Positions 23,820 through 36,602 of a DNA stretch of 64,000 bases are shown here, piece after piece; position 1 is the first letter of the stretch; each line of letters starts with the position of its first letter. The stretch is from assembly GCA_038087875.1 (NCBI GenBank), contig CM075988.1:12092001-12156000 (forward strand), in the 5' to 3' direction. Below the pieces are notes generated by a model. That model was not told the DNA's origin, did no database searches, and was given only the letters and a program-made list of their open reading frames with translations. The stretch is from Malacoraja senta (Eukaryota). The position numbers and the translations under genes are program-made.

Positions 23820-24470
23820 AGCTAGATGGAGCCCCTGGACATATTCTGCAAACGTGCATCAATCTACTTGGACATAATCTTTGCTGACTTCTTCAACCTC
23901 ACACTTCTGTACTCATCTGCTTCAAGGAAACCCCCATCATTCCAGTCCCCAAGAAAAACAAAGTGACCTGTATCAATCATCACCTCCCAGTAGCTCCAAT
24001 ATTTGCCACAATGGGGTGGTTTGAAATACTGGCAATGGCATGTATTTGTGCCATTCTACTCGTCAGCAGTTCATGTAAATGATAAATGGATCTCCAGAGT
24101 ACAACATCTCTCCTGCACTTCATTCAACCCTGGAGCTCCTCGACAACAAGAACACCATGTCAGCATACTATTCATTGACCACTGTTCAGCCTTCAACATC
24201 ATAACAACAAATAAACTCATCCCTATACTTCTGGACCTTGGCCTTCTGGCCTCCATCTGCAACTGGCTTCTGAACTTCTTGATGGCAGACCTCAGTCGGT
24301 TAGAATTGGTCATAACATTTCCGCCTTCTTGACCCTCAATACTTTAGGGTTGGAGAGCTCAGTCTTTTGCTCCATTCCCTGCACACCCACGACTGTGTAG
24401 CCAAATATAATGCCAACTTTGTCTTTAAGTTCGCAATGAAACCACTGCTGTTGGCCAGACCCACAACAAA
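23820..24470 (+). mobile_element. Rex1/Babar LINE reverse-transcriptase remnant
   Basis: Degenerate ADFFNL, CFKETPIIPVPKKNKVTCIN, ILFIDHCSAFN, LASICNWLLNFL and KFA motifs in the expected order, with frameshifts. Confidence 0.85.
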
Positions 24471-25967
24471 GATGATATGAAGTACAAATATTTTGCATAT
24501 TAAGCATTGAGACTGCAAATTCTATAAATTATATGTTAAATTTGCTTGCTAAATGTCATGAAATGCAGAGATGAATTTGTCTAATCATGACCAGGCCATT
24601 TTGATCGTTTTGGACTCAGAAATACATATAAATGGATAAATGTAGTGACAAGTACACTGGGGATCACTTGTATTAACAAAAAACCCTAATGCACACTGGC
24701 CCTTTGTGCTAGTCTATTCTCTTTCTGTTGGATTGAGCAGGCTGAACTTAGACAAATTTAAAGCAAAAATAGCAAGCTGCTTGGGGGAAAAAAATTCAAT
24801 TAGGAATTTAATATTAGTCTATCTCTGACACATTTTGTCTACATGCTGTAACTTGCAGTTCCTTTTGTATTTAGTAAATTATTTTTGGTGCTAAATTTAA
24901 CAGAACAAACATGCCTGATTGTGGATATTCATGATTATTTCATCACAGTTTGTATTGTTAAAGAATTCAGTCAAGTAAGCTGAAAGTCTATAAATACTAA
25001 ACTCACAGTGGCATTTTAATGCATTGATGCTTGGTTGCAGAAATAAAAGTAGGAAAGCTTGTGCGAAACAGTAATTTTCAGATTTATGTTGGCAATGAAT
25101 AATAATCTTACGGTACAATGAACTATTTACATGCAATGTTTATATACTTGATGTGCCCATATATAATTTAATTACTGCATGCACCAACTCATAATGACCG
25201 GCTATTGAAGTTTCAAGCTCATTTATAATTTAGTGTTTCACTAACTATGGGTTAAAGTTGCCACAAACATTAATCTTCTGAAAAATCTCAAGAGCATGCC
25301 TCTGTCTAGCATCATCTCCACACTATTGAAGTAATTCAAGGCCTTGACAACTCAATCTCCCCCACAGCGAGATCAACTTTGATTCACTCATAGTTCAATG
25401 GTCCACAGCTTCTGTAAAAAAGATCCATTGTTTTTCGAATAGTTTTCCCTGCCTCATTTAGTTCCTCAGACTGAGCTTCTAATCTAACTATCTATCACTG
25501 CAAGCATGCCTGGGCCGATGTTCGACATTATGAGGCCCCCAAACTTGTGGTTAAGTCCTTATTGATGTTAAATGTATATAAATCTCAACAAAATGGAGCA
25601 CACTGGACAGGGGCCATAACAACCAGCTTTGCTATTAGCACCACATATCATAGTCACGGAAGCATCCTTGCCCTCTAAATGCCCCATTACTCCCATTTGA
25701 CCTGTTGCCACACTTTCACAGATATTCCCTTTGACCTTCTCTCCCACCCCATCAATTTATCAGAACTTTTTTTTTTCACTTTCCTAGTTCTAATACAATG
25801 TCATTGATCTGAAGTGTTAATTCTGTTTTCCCCTCTATAGACACTGCTTGACGCATTTCCGACATTTTCCAATGTTTTTCTTTACAGATTTTTAGAATCT
25901 GCAGTAATTGTATTTTGATTTACATTCAATATGCTGAAGCTTTCTTTCCATGCTATCAGTTTTCTTT

Positions 25968-26270
25968 TAGTTTTAGAGATACAGTGTATCTCTAAAACAA
26001 AAATGGCCCTTCGACCCACTGAGTCCATACCGACACACACATTAACACTACAATTCACACACAAGGAATAACGTTACATTTATACCAAGCCAATTAACCT
26101 GCAAACCTGTACGCTTTTGGAGTGTGGGAGGAAACTGAAGATCTCAGAGAAAACCCACGCAGGTCACGGGGAGGACGTCCAAACTCTGTACAGACAGCAC
26201 CCATAGTCAGGATCGGTCCCTGGTCTCTGGTGCTGTAAGGCAGCAATGCCTCTGTTCCACCGTGTCACCC
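25968..26270 (-). mobile_element. HE1-like SINE
   Basis: tagttttagagatacag...aagccaattaacctgcaaacc...cagacagcacccatagtcaggatc. Confidence 0.85.
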
Positions 26271-26369
26271 TCAGTGCAGATAAATATAGTCTTCTTAAAC
26301 ATTGAACTATGTGGGCATACCTCTCCCCTGACTCTGTCTGAAGAAGGGTCTTGACCCAAAACATCACCT

Positions 26370-26871
26370 GAGGAATGCGGCCGTTCCTGGTGGCCCAGCT
26401 GCTGGAGGACTCTCCCGACGCCGGGGCTACATCACCCGGCGAGAACGGCCAGGATCATCGGGCCTCCGTAGAGGCAATAGCGGGGGCCTCATTTGGCCTG
26501 ACTTTTTGGTTGAACTGGGGCTGGGGACTGGACATTGTGCCTTCCCCCACAGTGGAAATCATTGTGGGGGGATGATTTTTGTTTGTAATTGTTTGTAATT
26601 GTATTTGTTAGTCTGTGTTCAAGATGGCAGTCGGAGGGGAGAGTGGACGCTGGCGCGGTTTCGCTGCCGCTGCTCTCTCCTCAAATTGTGTTTCTGATTT
26701 TCTTTTTTGTGTTTTTGGAAGGAATTCTGTCCCTGATTTGTGTATTGGCCTTTATAACATATTTTTTTTATTCTGATTATTCTGATTATATGTTAACCAT
26801 AAATCTTTGTAAGGTGTCCTTGAGACCTCGGTATAAGGCGCCCATAAATAAAATTCATTATTATTATTATT
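26370..26871 (+). mobile_element. CpG-rich non-autonomous element with L2-type 3' tail, inserted in a PLE derivative (about 26325-26975)
   Basis: 7-bp TSD atcacct (26363-26369 and 26872-26878). Tail gtaaggtgtccttgag...aaggcgcccataaataaaattc(att)n. Confidence 0.75.
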
Positions 26872-27536
26872 ATCACCTATTACTTTTCTCTAGAAATGCT
26901 GCCTGTCCCGCTGAGTTGCTCCAGCATTTTGTGTCTACCTTCGATTTAAACCATCATCTGCAGTTCTTTCCTGCGCCCTTCTTGCTTTATCATCCTCACA
27001 TTTCTTCTCTCAGCAGAAGGGATATATCTGAACTACAATGATAAACTTGCAAGAATTTGTTGTTGCCTTTTAATCTTCTGTCTCGAATCACACAATTTGT
27101 GCAATTTGATTGTCTCCCACACACCCAGCCCATTGATAAAACATAACCATTTGTTTTAACTGTTGGAGAGAATTACTCCAAGAGGAACAAATTGCTGAAA
27201 GTGTGTGACAGAGCAGATTAATGGAGTAAATTAATGGAGCATTTTGCGTGTCAAAATAGAAAACACCAAATCGGGGTGATGTACCTTGACTAATGTCACT
27301 GGGTTCAGCATCTGTGACTGCACTGTAGAGTTGACTGATGGCTAGCATTGGGTATTTGAAGAAAAGGATGCAGATGCTGGAAATATGAAACAAATGTAAA
27401 TTGTGGGAAAACTCAGCAGGCCAGATGGCACCTGTGGTGGTAGAAATATAACCAATGTTTTCATCCTGCAATTTAAGAGAGCATGAAAGTTTGCAAAGAA
27501 TGGGATAACATTCAAATTTATAGATAAATGGAGCCC

Positions 27537-27668
27537 GTGTAGGAAGGAACTGCAAATGCTGGTTTAAACCAAAGATAGACACAAACAGTTAATAACTCAG
27601 TGGGACAGGCAGCAACTCTGGAGAGAAGGAATGGGAGATGTTTCGGGTCGAGACCCTACTTCAGACTC
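27537..27668 (-). mobile_element. PLE-derived short element
   Basis: 10-bp TSD aatggagccc (27527-27536 and 27669-27678) around gtgtaggaaggaactgc...ttcgggtcgagaccctacttcagact. Confidence 0.85.
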
Positions 27669-29029
27669 AATGGAGCCCACTAGTTTTCCTGCCATTCTAT
27701 CTCAGCTTTAAAAAAAATGTTTTTAAAACTTGCATCATTTATGATATGTTCTGACCCAAACTATCTTTTAATACACCATTTCAAAAGATGAAATGCATTT
27801 ATGTTTCTTGTTCAGAGAAGTTAACTTGTTCGTTTTGAGCATGTGCAACAATTGTCATGAAATATGTGACTCTGATGCTGGTAGTAATTCTGAAGTGGAT
27901 ATTGCTGCAGTTTTTTAAAAATGTTTTCTAAAGCAACAGGTTTACTTCTCATTGCTTTACCATTCAGACTTTGTGTTTGAGATCCAAACAAATGTTGCTT
28001 TATTATAACTTGACACAGAACTTGTGCTACCGAGAGGTTCTGATTGTCATTGCATTAAAGGTCAATTGATTAAAGCTTAGATTTTAAGAGAATCAAGAAA
28101 CACAAGGTTAGTGCTGGAGAGTGTCATTGGGGTAAAGGTTCAGCCAATATTTTATTGAATGGAGAATCAGACAGTGGCTGTCAACGGCCCTGTATTCTGT
28201 TTCTTCTTTTCTTATATAAAACTATAGATAGTGTTTTGAGATGTTTTCAATTCAGAGGTTGAAGAGGCTCTAAATTAGTTTTCTTTGATGCGGTGAGTAC
28301 TTGGAACACACTGCCATGGTTGGTGATATAGACACATACGACAGTGACTTTTAGATAGGTACATTGATGTACTGGGAATGGCAGAGTAAGGAACATCAGT
28401 TATATTAGTTTATCTTGGCATTATGTTCGGCATAGACTTTGTGTGAAGGACCTGGTCTTGTGCTGGACTTTTCTATGCTCTTCCTGGGAGGGTCTTCCCA
28501 GGAAGGCTTCCTGCTTGTAATCACCACGGGCGATTTCCCAAGTCAGTTCTTTACCTATTCCAGACGTAGAGGGCTTGTCCCAAATGAATGTGTGACTGGA
28601 GTAATGGCAAGGTCCTTAGCAGCTGATCTGAGCAAGCCCCAGCCTCAAACACTGGAGAAAACCTGGTGAAGCCCCCGCCCAGAAATACCCAGGCCATAAA
28701 AATGCTATGAAGTATGTTTAAAAGTTTATGGGCATTACTGAAATAAAATCTTATCTGCTTTGACATGGGGAAAAAAAGTCAGATGATTAAAAGTTTTTAG
28801 ATTCAAATTTTATTTCTCAAAAAAACATGAAGCATTAAACTAAGGAAAGCAATTAAAAATAATTTCATCTTTTATATCTGAAATGCTATAATCTCCATTA
28901 AAACCGGTGATACTTCATCACATTCATCCAAGATCCCAAAGATGGTTTGTTCCTGGCTTAATGCCAGAGATTCCCAGAGAAGTGGACCTTTTCCCTCAGG
29001 CTCCTTATTTTAAATCCAACAGTATTTCT

Positions 29030-29217
29030 TGTTGTGTTTGATGGCTAATAACTCACAATTGACTCTTATTGTTCCGAGCCTGTCAGTGTGTTTATTTCAA
29101 GATAAAATGGCTGCGTCAAAACTAGTCAAGTTGCCCCGGACTCATTCCGAGGAAAACGTACATTTCGGAGCAGAGCCCTCTAGTGGTGACTGTAAGGGCA
29201 GTTACCCAGACACAACA
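29030..29217 (-). mobile_element. 3' LTR of the Gypsy element (188 bp) with adjacent polypurine tract
   Basis: Ends TGTTGTGT...ACACAACA form an 8-bp inverted repeat. Minus-strand PPT GGAGGGGAAAATA lies immediately 5' of the LTR. Minus-strand AATAAA at 29091-29096. Confidence 0.85.
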
Positions 29218-29364
29218 TATTTTCCCCTCCGTGAAAATGAAGGCGATCATTTAAGTCCAGTTATCCAATCAAATATAAGTCCATATGAAATCAGTCCAAA
29301 TTCCTTCCAAATTCCATGTCCGCTATTAATAAACGGAAGTCCAAAAATATAACAGTTTATGGCT

Positions 29365-31859
29365 TCACATCTGAAAATCTTGCAGATACTGAGGTCTCCT
29401 CTTCTGTCGCTGAGAGCGTCGAGCGGGATTTGGCTGCTCTGCTGTATGCTGACCGCGATCGCTGTCTCGACTGGATATCGGGAAATGAAAAGCGTCCGGT
29501 TTGTCTTCTTCCTGTCCCTGTCTGCTTGCAATGAGACGTCTCGCATTCCATCTGGTGTCATCTTGGAGGAGGTACGCATTCTTGCCGAGTCTCCGTTTGA
29601 TCTGTATCGGCTTTGAGAGTGCGCTAGTGAGCTTATGCTGTCTCTTTGGGCGGCTGATTCGTACCCAATCGCCGACCTTGAACCGCGGCGCTCGTACTCT
29701 ACGTTTGGCATCACAGTACAAATTCCCTTTCGCTTGTCTGTGTGCTATCGTTTCTGCCCTCGCTTTTGTGTCTGGATTTGGGCGCGATGGTGGTTGAAGA
29801 GCATTCAGTTTTGTTCGCAGGTTTCGCCCTATCATCAGCTCTGCTGGTGTTTTCCCAGTCAGCGTGTGCGGTGTGGATCTGTAGGATCGGAGGAGGATAT
29901 GGATTGACTGTTCGAATGTTTTCCCCTCCGACATGCTCGCTTTTACGCTTTCTTTGATCATGCGATTGAATCATTCCACCCCGCCGTTCAATTGTGGGTT
30001 GTATCGCGACATCCGCTGATGTTGAATGTTGTAGCTCATGAGGAAGATGGAGAACTGTTCAGATATGAACTGAGGGCCGTTGTCTGTCGTTATGACCTCC
30101 GGCAGTCCCCACTTAGTGAACAGCTATTCGAGAATCGCGATGATCGAGCTTGTCTTCACTGAAGAAGTAGTTGCGATCTCAGGCCACTTGCTGTGGAGAT
30201 CATGTACTACAAGTAGAAACCGCTGGCTTCTTGGCGCAGCTTACACCTCTCCGAAGATGTCGACTTGCAAATGCTTCCATGGTTTGTCCGGCCATGGGAT
30301 TGGCTGAAGAGGGGCAACACGTGGTTTTGTTGCTTTCTCACTAATTGTGCATGCTACACAATTTTTGACGAGATCTTCTACGCGACGATCTATTGCTGGC
30401 CACCACACTGCCTCGCGACACCATTGTTTCATCTTACCAACGCCCGGGTGTCCTTCGTGTGCCAGTTGTAACACACGGTGTTGCAGTTATTTGGGTATAA
30501 CCACTCGAGTTCAGCGTGTGACACATGTACCGTCAAACACTGCCAGTTCGTGGCGTACCCGGTGGTACGGAACCAAGTCGTCTGCTATCTCCTTGGGCCA
30601 GTCTGTCTTGAGATACCGGCAGACGATTTGCAGTGTGCCGTCAGCTGTCGACTCTGCTTTCAGCTCTTCCCACGTTACTAGATTCGCCGTCACGTGCGAA
30701 ATCACCGCGACATCGTAGTCATCGTTGTCGCTTGAAGCGTCGCAATCGCGTGTGCGTGCCGGTGCCACCGTTGGGATGCGACTGAGCATGTCTGCGATGC
30801 GATTGCGTGAACCTGTGAGGTATTTGACTTTGAAGCTGTACTAGTGAAGGCGATCGGACCATCTGTAGATCCAGAGCGGACGATGTCCTGAGCCTGAAGG
30901 ATCCAGTAACGTAGTTAGCGCTTGGTGATCCGTACGGAGAGTGAATGGTCCCCCGAATAGGTATACGTGCTAGTGTTCACACGCGTAAATGCACGCTAAT
31001 GCTTCGTGTTCCCCGTACTTGCGTTCGGTCGTTCACTTCCATCGATGCACTGCGATAACACTGCTCCGATCGTGACACTGGAAGCATCTGTTGTGACGTA
31101 CGTTTCCGCACTTGGGTCGAAGTGCACGATAACAGACAGAGATGCTATTTTGTCTTTCATCGTGTTGAACGCGATGTCCTGCTCATTTGTCCATTCCCAC
31201 TGTGTGTCTTTCCGTATCAGCTTCTGTAGCGGTTCTGCGATATGCGCGTACTGCGGCACAAACTTGCGGTACAAGTTGGTGGTGCCCAGAAATAAAGCTA
31301 ACTCTTTCGGGTTTGTTGGGGTGGGGAGCGCTTTGATGGCTTGAACATTGTACTGAGTAGGCTCAACTCCAGTCGCTGTCACTCTGTCCCCGAGAAAATC
31401 GATCTCGGATGCTGCAAATGTACACTTTGCTGCATTGAATGTCAAGTTGTGTTGCGTGAGACGAGCTAACACTACATCCAGTCGTCGATCGTGTTCCTCC
31501 TTGTCCCTGCCATAGACAACGACATCGTCAAGGAGGTTGAGTGCTCCGTCAATGCCTGACAGAACCTACGCCATGATTTTTTGAAATGCGCTGGGCGTTG
31601 AGCACAGTCCATATGGCATGCTAAAGTACTGATATACTCCTTCATGTGTGATGAATGCTGACAAATGCTGACTGCGTTCTGCTAGTGGTACCTGAAGGTA
31701 GCTTCGGCGCATGTCTAGTTTTGTGAACACTGTTGAACCGTGGAACGACGCAGATAGCTCTTGAATTGTTGGCAGAGGATATTTGTCCGGAATGATGGCT
31801 TTGTTGACCAATTTGAGATCGATGCAAAGTCTGAGTTCACCGTTCTTGCGTCGCGCGAG
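29365..31859 (-). pseudogene. pol: Gypsy (Mag-like) pol remnant: RT, RNase H, integrase; 5'-truncated with several stops and frameshifts
   Basis: RT: LRLCIDL, YPLPTIQEL, FTKLDM, MPYGLCSTPSAFQ, LLDD, KC.F...IDFLG. RNase H: TDASS, GEHEAL, LRTDHQAL, ADMLSR. Integrase: HEGHPG..CVAC zinc finger, VDIFG, TDNGPQF, YNPQLNG.VE, RSTPHTLTGKTPAEL. Confidence 0.95.
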
Positions 31860-32329
31860 TCTTTATGATGGAACAATTAAAATATGTATTGAAATCTCGA
31901 GATGTGACTGGTAGTGAAGTGAGTACATTATAGCAGTAATATTAAGAAGGAATTGGCAAAAAGTAGAGAATGCTGTGAGTCAATAAAATCAATAGAGCAA
32001 ATGAAGCTACAGAAAGTTTGGAGGAGGTAATTTTTTAAGCAGACGGACAATCATTTATAATGTCCAGAAGTTGTCTTTGGTGTGCTTGAAGCATAGAAAG
32101 TGATGATTATTGATTGGTAAATTAATTATCAACCAAAATGCTGGAACAATTATTTCCAGATAGTGTTCAGCTTCTTAAAACAAGTATCTTGTCATATTCC
32201 TTCCAAAACCAAAGCAAGGCCATCTAAGGTCATCATTGCTGTGTGCAGTCTATGTTGCATCCCAACATTGTTTACTCGGATCACCATAAGATTGCAAGCA
32301 ATGTTGGTTACAGTGGCAAACAATTAATT

Positions 32330-32630
32330 AGTTTAGTTTAGTTTGGAGATACAGTGCGGAAACAGGCCCTTCAGCCCCACCGAGTCCGCACCGACCAGCG
32401 ATCCCCGCACATTAGCACTATCCTACGCACACTAGGATCAATTTACCTTTATACCAAGCCAATTAACCTACAAACCTGTACATCTTTGGAGTGTGGGAGG
32501 AAACCGAAGATCTCGGAGAAAACCCACGCGGTCACGGGGAGAACATACAAACTCCGCACAGACAGCAGCCGTAGTCGGGATCGCACCCAGGTCTTAGGTA
32601 CTGTAATGGCAGCAACTCTACCGCTGCACC
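32330..32630 (-). mobile_element. Full-length HE1-like SINE
   Basis: (GTTTA)n tail, well-preserved body, head ...gcagcaactctaccgctgcacca. Confidence 0.9.
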
Positions 32631-32666
32631 AAATAGGAGCAGGAGCAGATCCAGTGGCTCATCAAT

Positions 32667-32762
32667 GGCGGCACAGTGGCGCTGCACGAAAATTGTTGCC
32701 TTACAGCGCCAGAGACCCGGATTCGATCTTGACTACGGGTGCTATCTGTATGGAGTTTGTAC
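32667..32762 (+). mobile_element. HE1-like SINE head, divergent from the previous copy
   Basis: gcggcacagtggcgc...gattcgatcttgactacgggtgctatctgtatggagtttgtac. Confidence 0.8.
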
Positions 32763-32989
32763 AATTGGCATTTGTAACTGTTTGGAGAATCATCGAGTCA
32801 CACAGCATGGTAGCAGGCCCTTCGGCCCAATTTACCCACACCCATGTTTGTATCCGTAATACTTTGTGTGTGTCATGAATTGGGAAACCCAAATATCTCT
32901 CAACACCAATGTTTAATGATTCACCCTTTAAAAATATTATTTTGATTTAATCATTCCCACCAGAGAGAATAATGGAAACTCTACCAGAT

Positions 32990-33450
32990 TATGCTCCCAA
33001 CTCCCACCATCTTGTCCACTTATTGGCAGGCATTCCTTTGCAGGCAACATCTTGGTGAATCTCCTCTGCACTTTCCACAGTGCAGACCTGTCCTTCCTGT
33101 AGTATAGGGACCTGAACTGTAAACACAGTACTCCAGCTATGGCCAAAGCATACATTATATAGTTGTACCCCAAGACCTCCCTCTTATACTCTGTGCCCTG
33201 GTTAATGAAGACAATAATTCCAGGATGTCTTTCTCATCACCTTATTTACCTGCGGCACCTTCAGGGATCTTTGAACGCGTGCAGCAAGATCCCCATGTTC
33301 TCAACCGTTCTAAATACCCAAACATTTGTAGAATGTGCCTTACCTCTTAAGAGACCCCTTCTCCAAAATGCATTATTTTACAGTTTTCAGGATTAAATTC
33401 GATCTGCTATTGGCCTCCCCAATTTACGAGTTGATTGGTATCATTCCGCA
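32990..33450 (-). mobile_element. CR1 fragment
   Basis: Minus frame QFRSLYYRKDRSALWKVQRRFTKMLP matches CR1 QFWSPYYRKDV.ALERVQRRFTRMLP. Confidence 0.8.
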
Positions 33451-35098
33451 ACCTCACTATTAAATATCTGAAACAGAATTCAATGTTGATTTTTCCAAAT
33501 TTCCTCCATGACAAATGAAAGGTTATTCCCTTTTGCTTTCAGTGACTCCTTTCATAAGCAGCAGTGAAATAATTTACCCTCTTCCAATACATTTTGACGG
33601 TTTTATAATTATTGGAATCTTGTAAGGTTATTCCTGTAATTTTGTTTTCTAAAAAGTAGGTTGTTGCCTCCAAGATATTTGTTGACGTCATTCATTAATT
33701 TCACCAATACTTATTTACAAATGTCTTAAAAGATAGTAAAAAAGATATTTGTTACATGGTTTAGAGGCAAATGGGTCAAACACAGGCAAATGGCGCTACC
33801 GTAGCGGGGCATTTCAGTTAGCATTGATCCATTTGTTTGAAGGCCCCGTTTCCATATTGTGTGACTAAATATCACTCAGTTCTTTGAAGGAGTTCGTTAA
33901 ACTGACTTTGCATCCATCCCCCAATGATTGCTGGCACCTGGCAGTCAGGAAAGGCCGAAACAGCAGCAGTTAATAAGTTAGTCCCATATTTCTCAATGTA
34001 CATGTTTGTTTTGCGACCTTGTTTCAGATGCCACCATCCTTGGTTGCCCCTGCATGCAATTTCATGACTCTGGAGCCCACTAAAAAATTGGCAGCCAATC
34101 TCCACATGAAAATCAAGGGGCTGACTGCACTCAGCACTTGGTTAAAAATAAAACATCTATATAGTTTAACAATGTTTCAAGCATGTTAACACATTTTGTA
34201 AATTTTCAGCCTTGCCATTTTGCTTAAAGACACCATTTATTGTTTCTCTCCTCCATTCAATTCAATTACAGGAGAGGTCACTGGCATGCTTCTTCAGAAA
34301 CAATGATTGTTGCAAGCATTTGATGCACATCAGCCACTCATTACTGCCAACGCGTGAACACATATTTTCACCACAGTTAAACGCTCTTAAATCTAGTCAA
34401 GTGACAATGCTAGTAATGTCAAGGCCAGAATTTCATAAGTACAGTGGACTAGTGCCTTAGAAATTTGTTCAGCATTTGCAAGGACAGATGTACATTTTCT
34501 TTCATCAGTTGACAGTACTATTTCTTGCTGTATTGTCTGCACAGAATATTTACCTGCCATGACTCGTAATCAAGACCCGAAATGTTGCCTGTTCCTTCTC
34601 TCCATAGATGCTGCCTCATTCGCTGATTTTCTCCAGCATTGTATGTCTGCCTTCAATTTTTCCAGCATCTGCAGTTCTTTCTTAAACAAACTAGATCTTT
34701 TGCTCTTTGGCACTCAAATCATCTGCAGAACCGTAGGCTCGGCTAGATGTGTGGATTGGTTTTGTTTTAGTTTATTATTGTCACAATGAAAATCTTTGTT
34801 TTGCATGCTATCCAAATAGATCTGATGTACCATAGAGATACAATCAATTCAAACTCAAGTGCAAGAGATGGAGCAAAGGAGAAGATGCAGAGTGCAGAAA
34901 ATAGTTCTCAGTTCTATCGCGCATCAGTTCCTTAGACAAAGTCTAACGTCCTTAATGGGGTAGAGTTGAATTGGACTGTATCCTCACTCATGGAAGGAAG
35001 AGGGAGAATCATCTAATGAAAGGTTTCTTTGGACAATCTTGGTAGTTTAATATTTATCTACACTGTGATGGTCAGAATTTCAGTCTTGGTGATGGTAT

Positions 35099-35916
35099 TG
35101 TAAATAGCTCGTTCTAAGCTCCCCCCAGTCTAGTTTCAGTCAATAAAATACTGAATCAAGCACTTGAGCAACTAAACTTTATTTTGGATAACATAATACA
35201 AATTCCCCTATACGATACCTAACCACCGCGTGTTCAATCTTTGTATCTGCTTGGCCAAGCCCTTCTAGCCTCGTGCAAGCAGAGACACTCCAAAAGGTCA
35301 TGCAGTTCCCAGCGCTCTTCCAGAAAATCGACAACAGACCTTGTGGGGGTTACCTTTTATAGGTCCCTGAACCTTGAAGGGCCGAACCACATGGGGGAAG
35401 GTCTCTTTATAAACCAATTAAATTATATACAATTTTAATTATAAAACCAATTTAATTATAATTATAAACCAATTTAATAATAACAGTACATAATTGACAG
35501 TTTTCTAACCCAATAATACAATCTTGAATACATTGTATTTGAAAGAAGCTTCTAGAAGGAAGCGAACACAAATGAATAGTGCAACATGTGCCCTGGGATT
35601 CAAACAGTTCCTCCAAGGCTCAACACTTCAACCAATCAACAATTAACAGGATAACCGTCTCGCAACATAATTTATACTATTTACAATGCCCTTGCAGTGA
35701 TGCATTTAAGATTTGTTTGCAAAACTGCTATACATTTTATCAAATTAGGAGAAACAAGAAGAACACCTGGATCTTCACCATCCTGCACACCAGTCTAAGC
35801 CTAGAGTAGCTGGTGCCATCCAAAGCCTGTAAATTTCAGCTGACAAGGGTTAAGCAATTCTGACAAGTGCAGGGAACCTCCATTTTATGGTGTCTTTAAT
35901 TTGGTCAATATTAACA
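35099..35916 (-). mobile_element. Solo LTR (818 bp), ERV- or Gypsy-like
   Basis: TGTAAATA...TATTAACA ends and 4-bp TSD GTAT (35095-35098 and 35917-35920). Minus-strand TATAAAAG at 35354-35361 is followed by AATAAA at 35178-35183. Repeated AACCAAT at about 35410-35472. Confidence 0.75.
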
Positions 35917-36084
35917 GTATCATTAAAATCTGCCAGATACCTTGGAGATGAGCTTCAATTATTTTATTTACATTATTTTCCGAGAACTTACTCGAACTGC
36001 TGGATAAATTACTTTGGCATGGAGTTTCATCACATTGGCAAATTTTAACAAAGGAATTAACTGCAAGCAAATTAGTTTAAGTTT

Positions 36085-36365
36085 TAGTGTTTAATTTTAG
36101 AGATACAGCGTGGAAACAGGCCCTTCGACCCGTCAAGTCTACTCCAACCAGCGATCACTAGTTCTATCGTACAGACTAAGGATAATTTACAGAAGCCAAT
36201 TAACCTACAGCTTGCACATCTTTGGAAGGCGGAAAAAAACTGGAGCACACTGATAAAACCCACACAGTCACAAGGGGAATGTACAAACTCCATACAGATA
36301 GAACCCGTAGGCAGGATCAAACACGTATCTCTGGCACTGTAAGGCAGCATCTCTACTGCAGCACC
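36085..36365 (-). mobile_element. HE1-like SINE
   Basis: ttttagagatacagcgtggaaacaggcccttcg...ctgtaaggcagcatctctac. Confidence 0.85.
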
Positions 36366-36379
36366 ATTTTGCGGCCACA

Positions 36380-36602
36380 ATTCTCTGCCTCAGAGGGCGG
36401 TGGAGGCCGGTTCTCTGGATACTTTAAAGAGAGAGCTAGATAGGGCTCTTAAAGATAGTGGAGTCAGGGGATATGGGGAGAAGGTAGGAACGGGGTACTG
36501 ATTGGGGATGACCAGCCATGATCACATTGAATGGCGGTGCTGGCTCGAAGAACCGAATGGCCTATTCCTGCACCTATTGTCTATTGTCTTTTGTCTATTG
36601 TC
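36380..36602 (+). mobile_element. CR1 3' end with (CTATTGT)n tail
   Basis: gagggcggtggaggcc...ggggatatggggagaagg...gaatggcggtgctggctcgaag...ctattgtctattgtc. Confidence 0.85.

Noticed and set aside
32354..32878. 174-aa ORF
   Set aside because: Read-through of two SINE copies. The same peptides recur at every SINE in the window.
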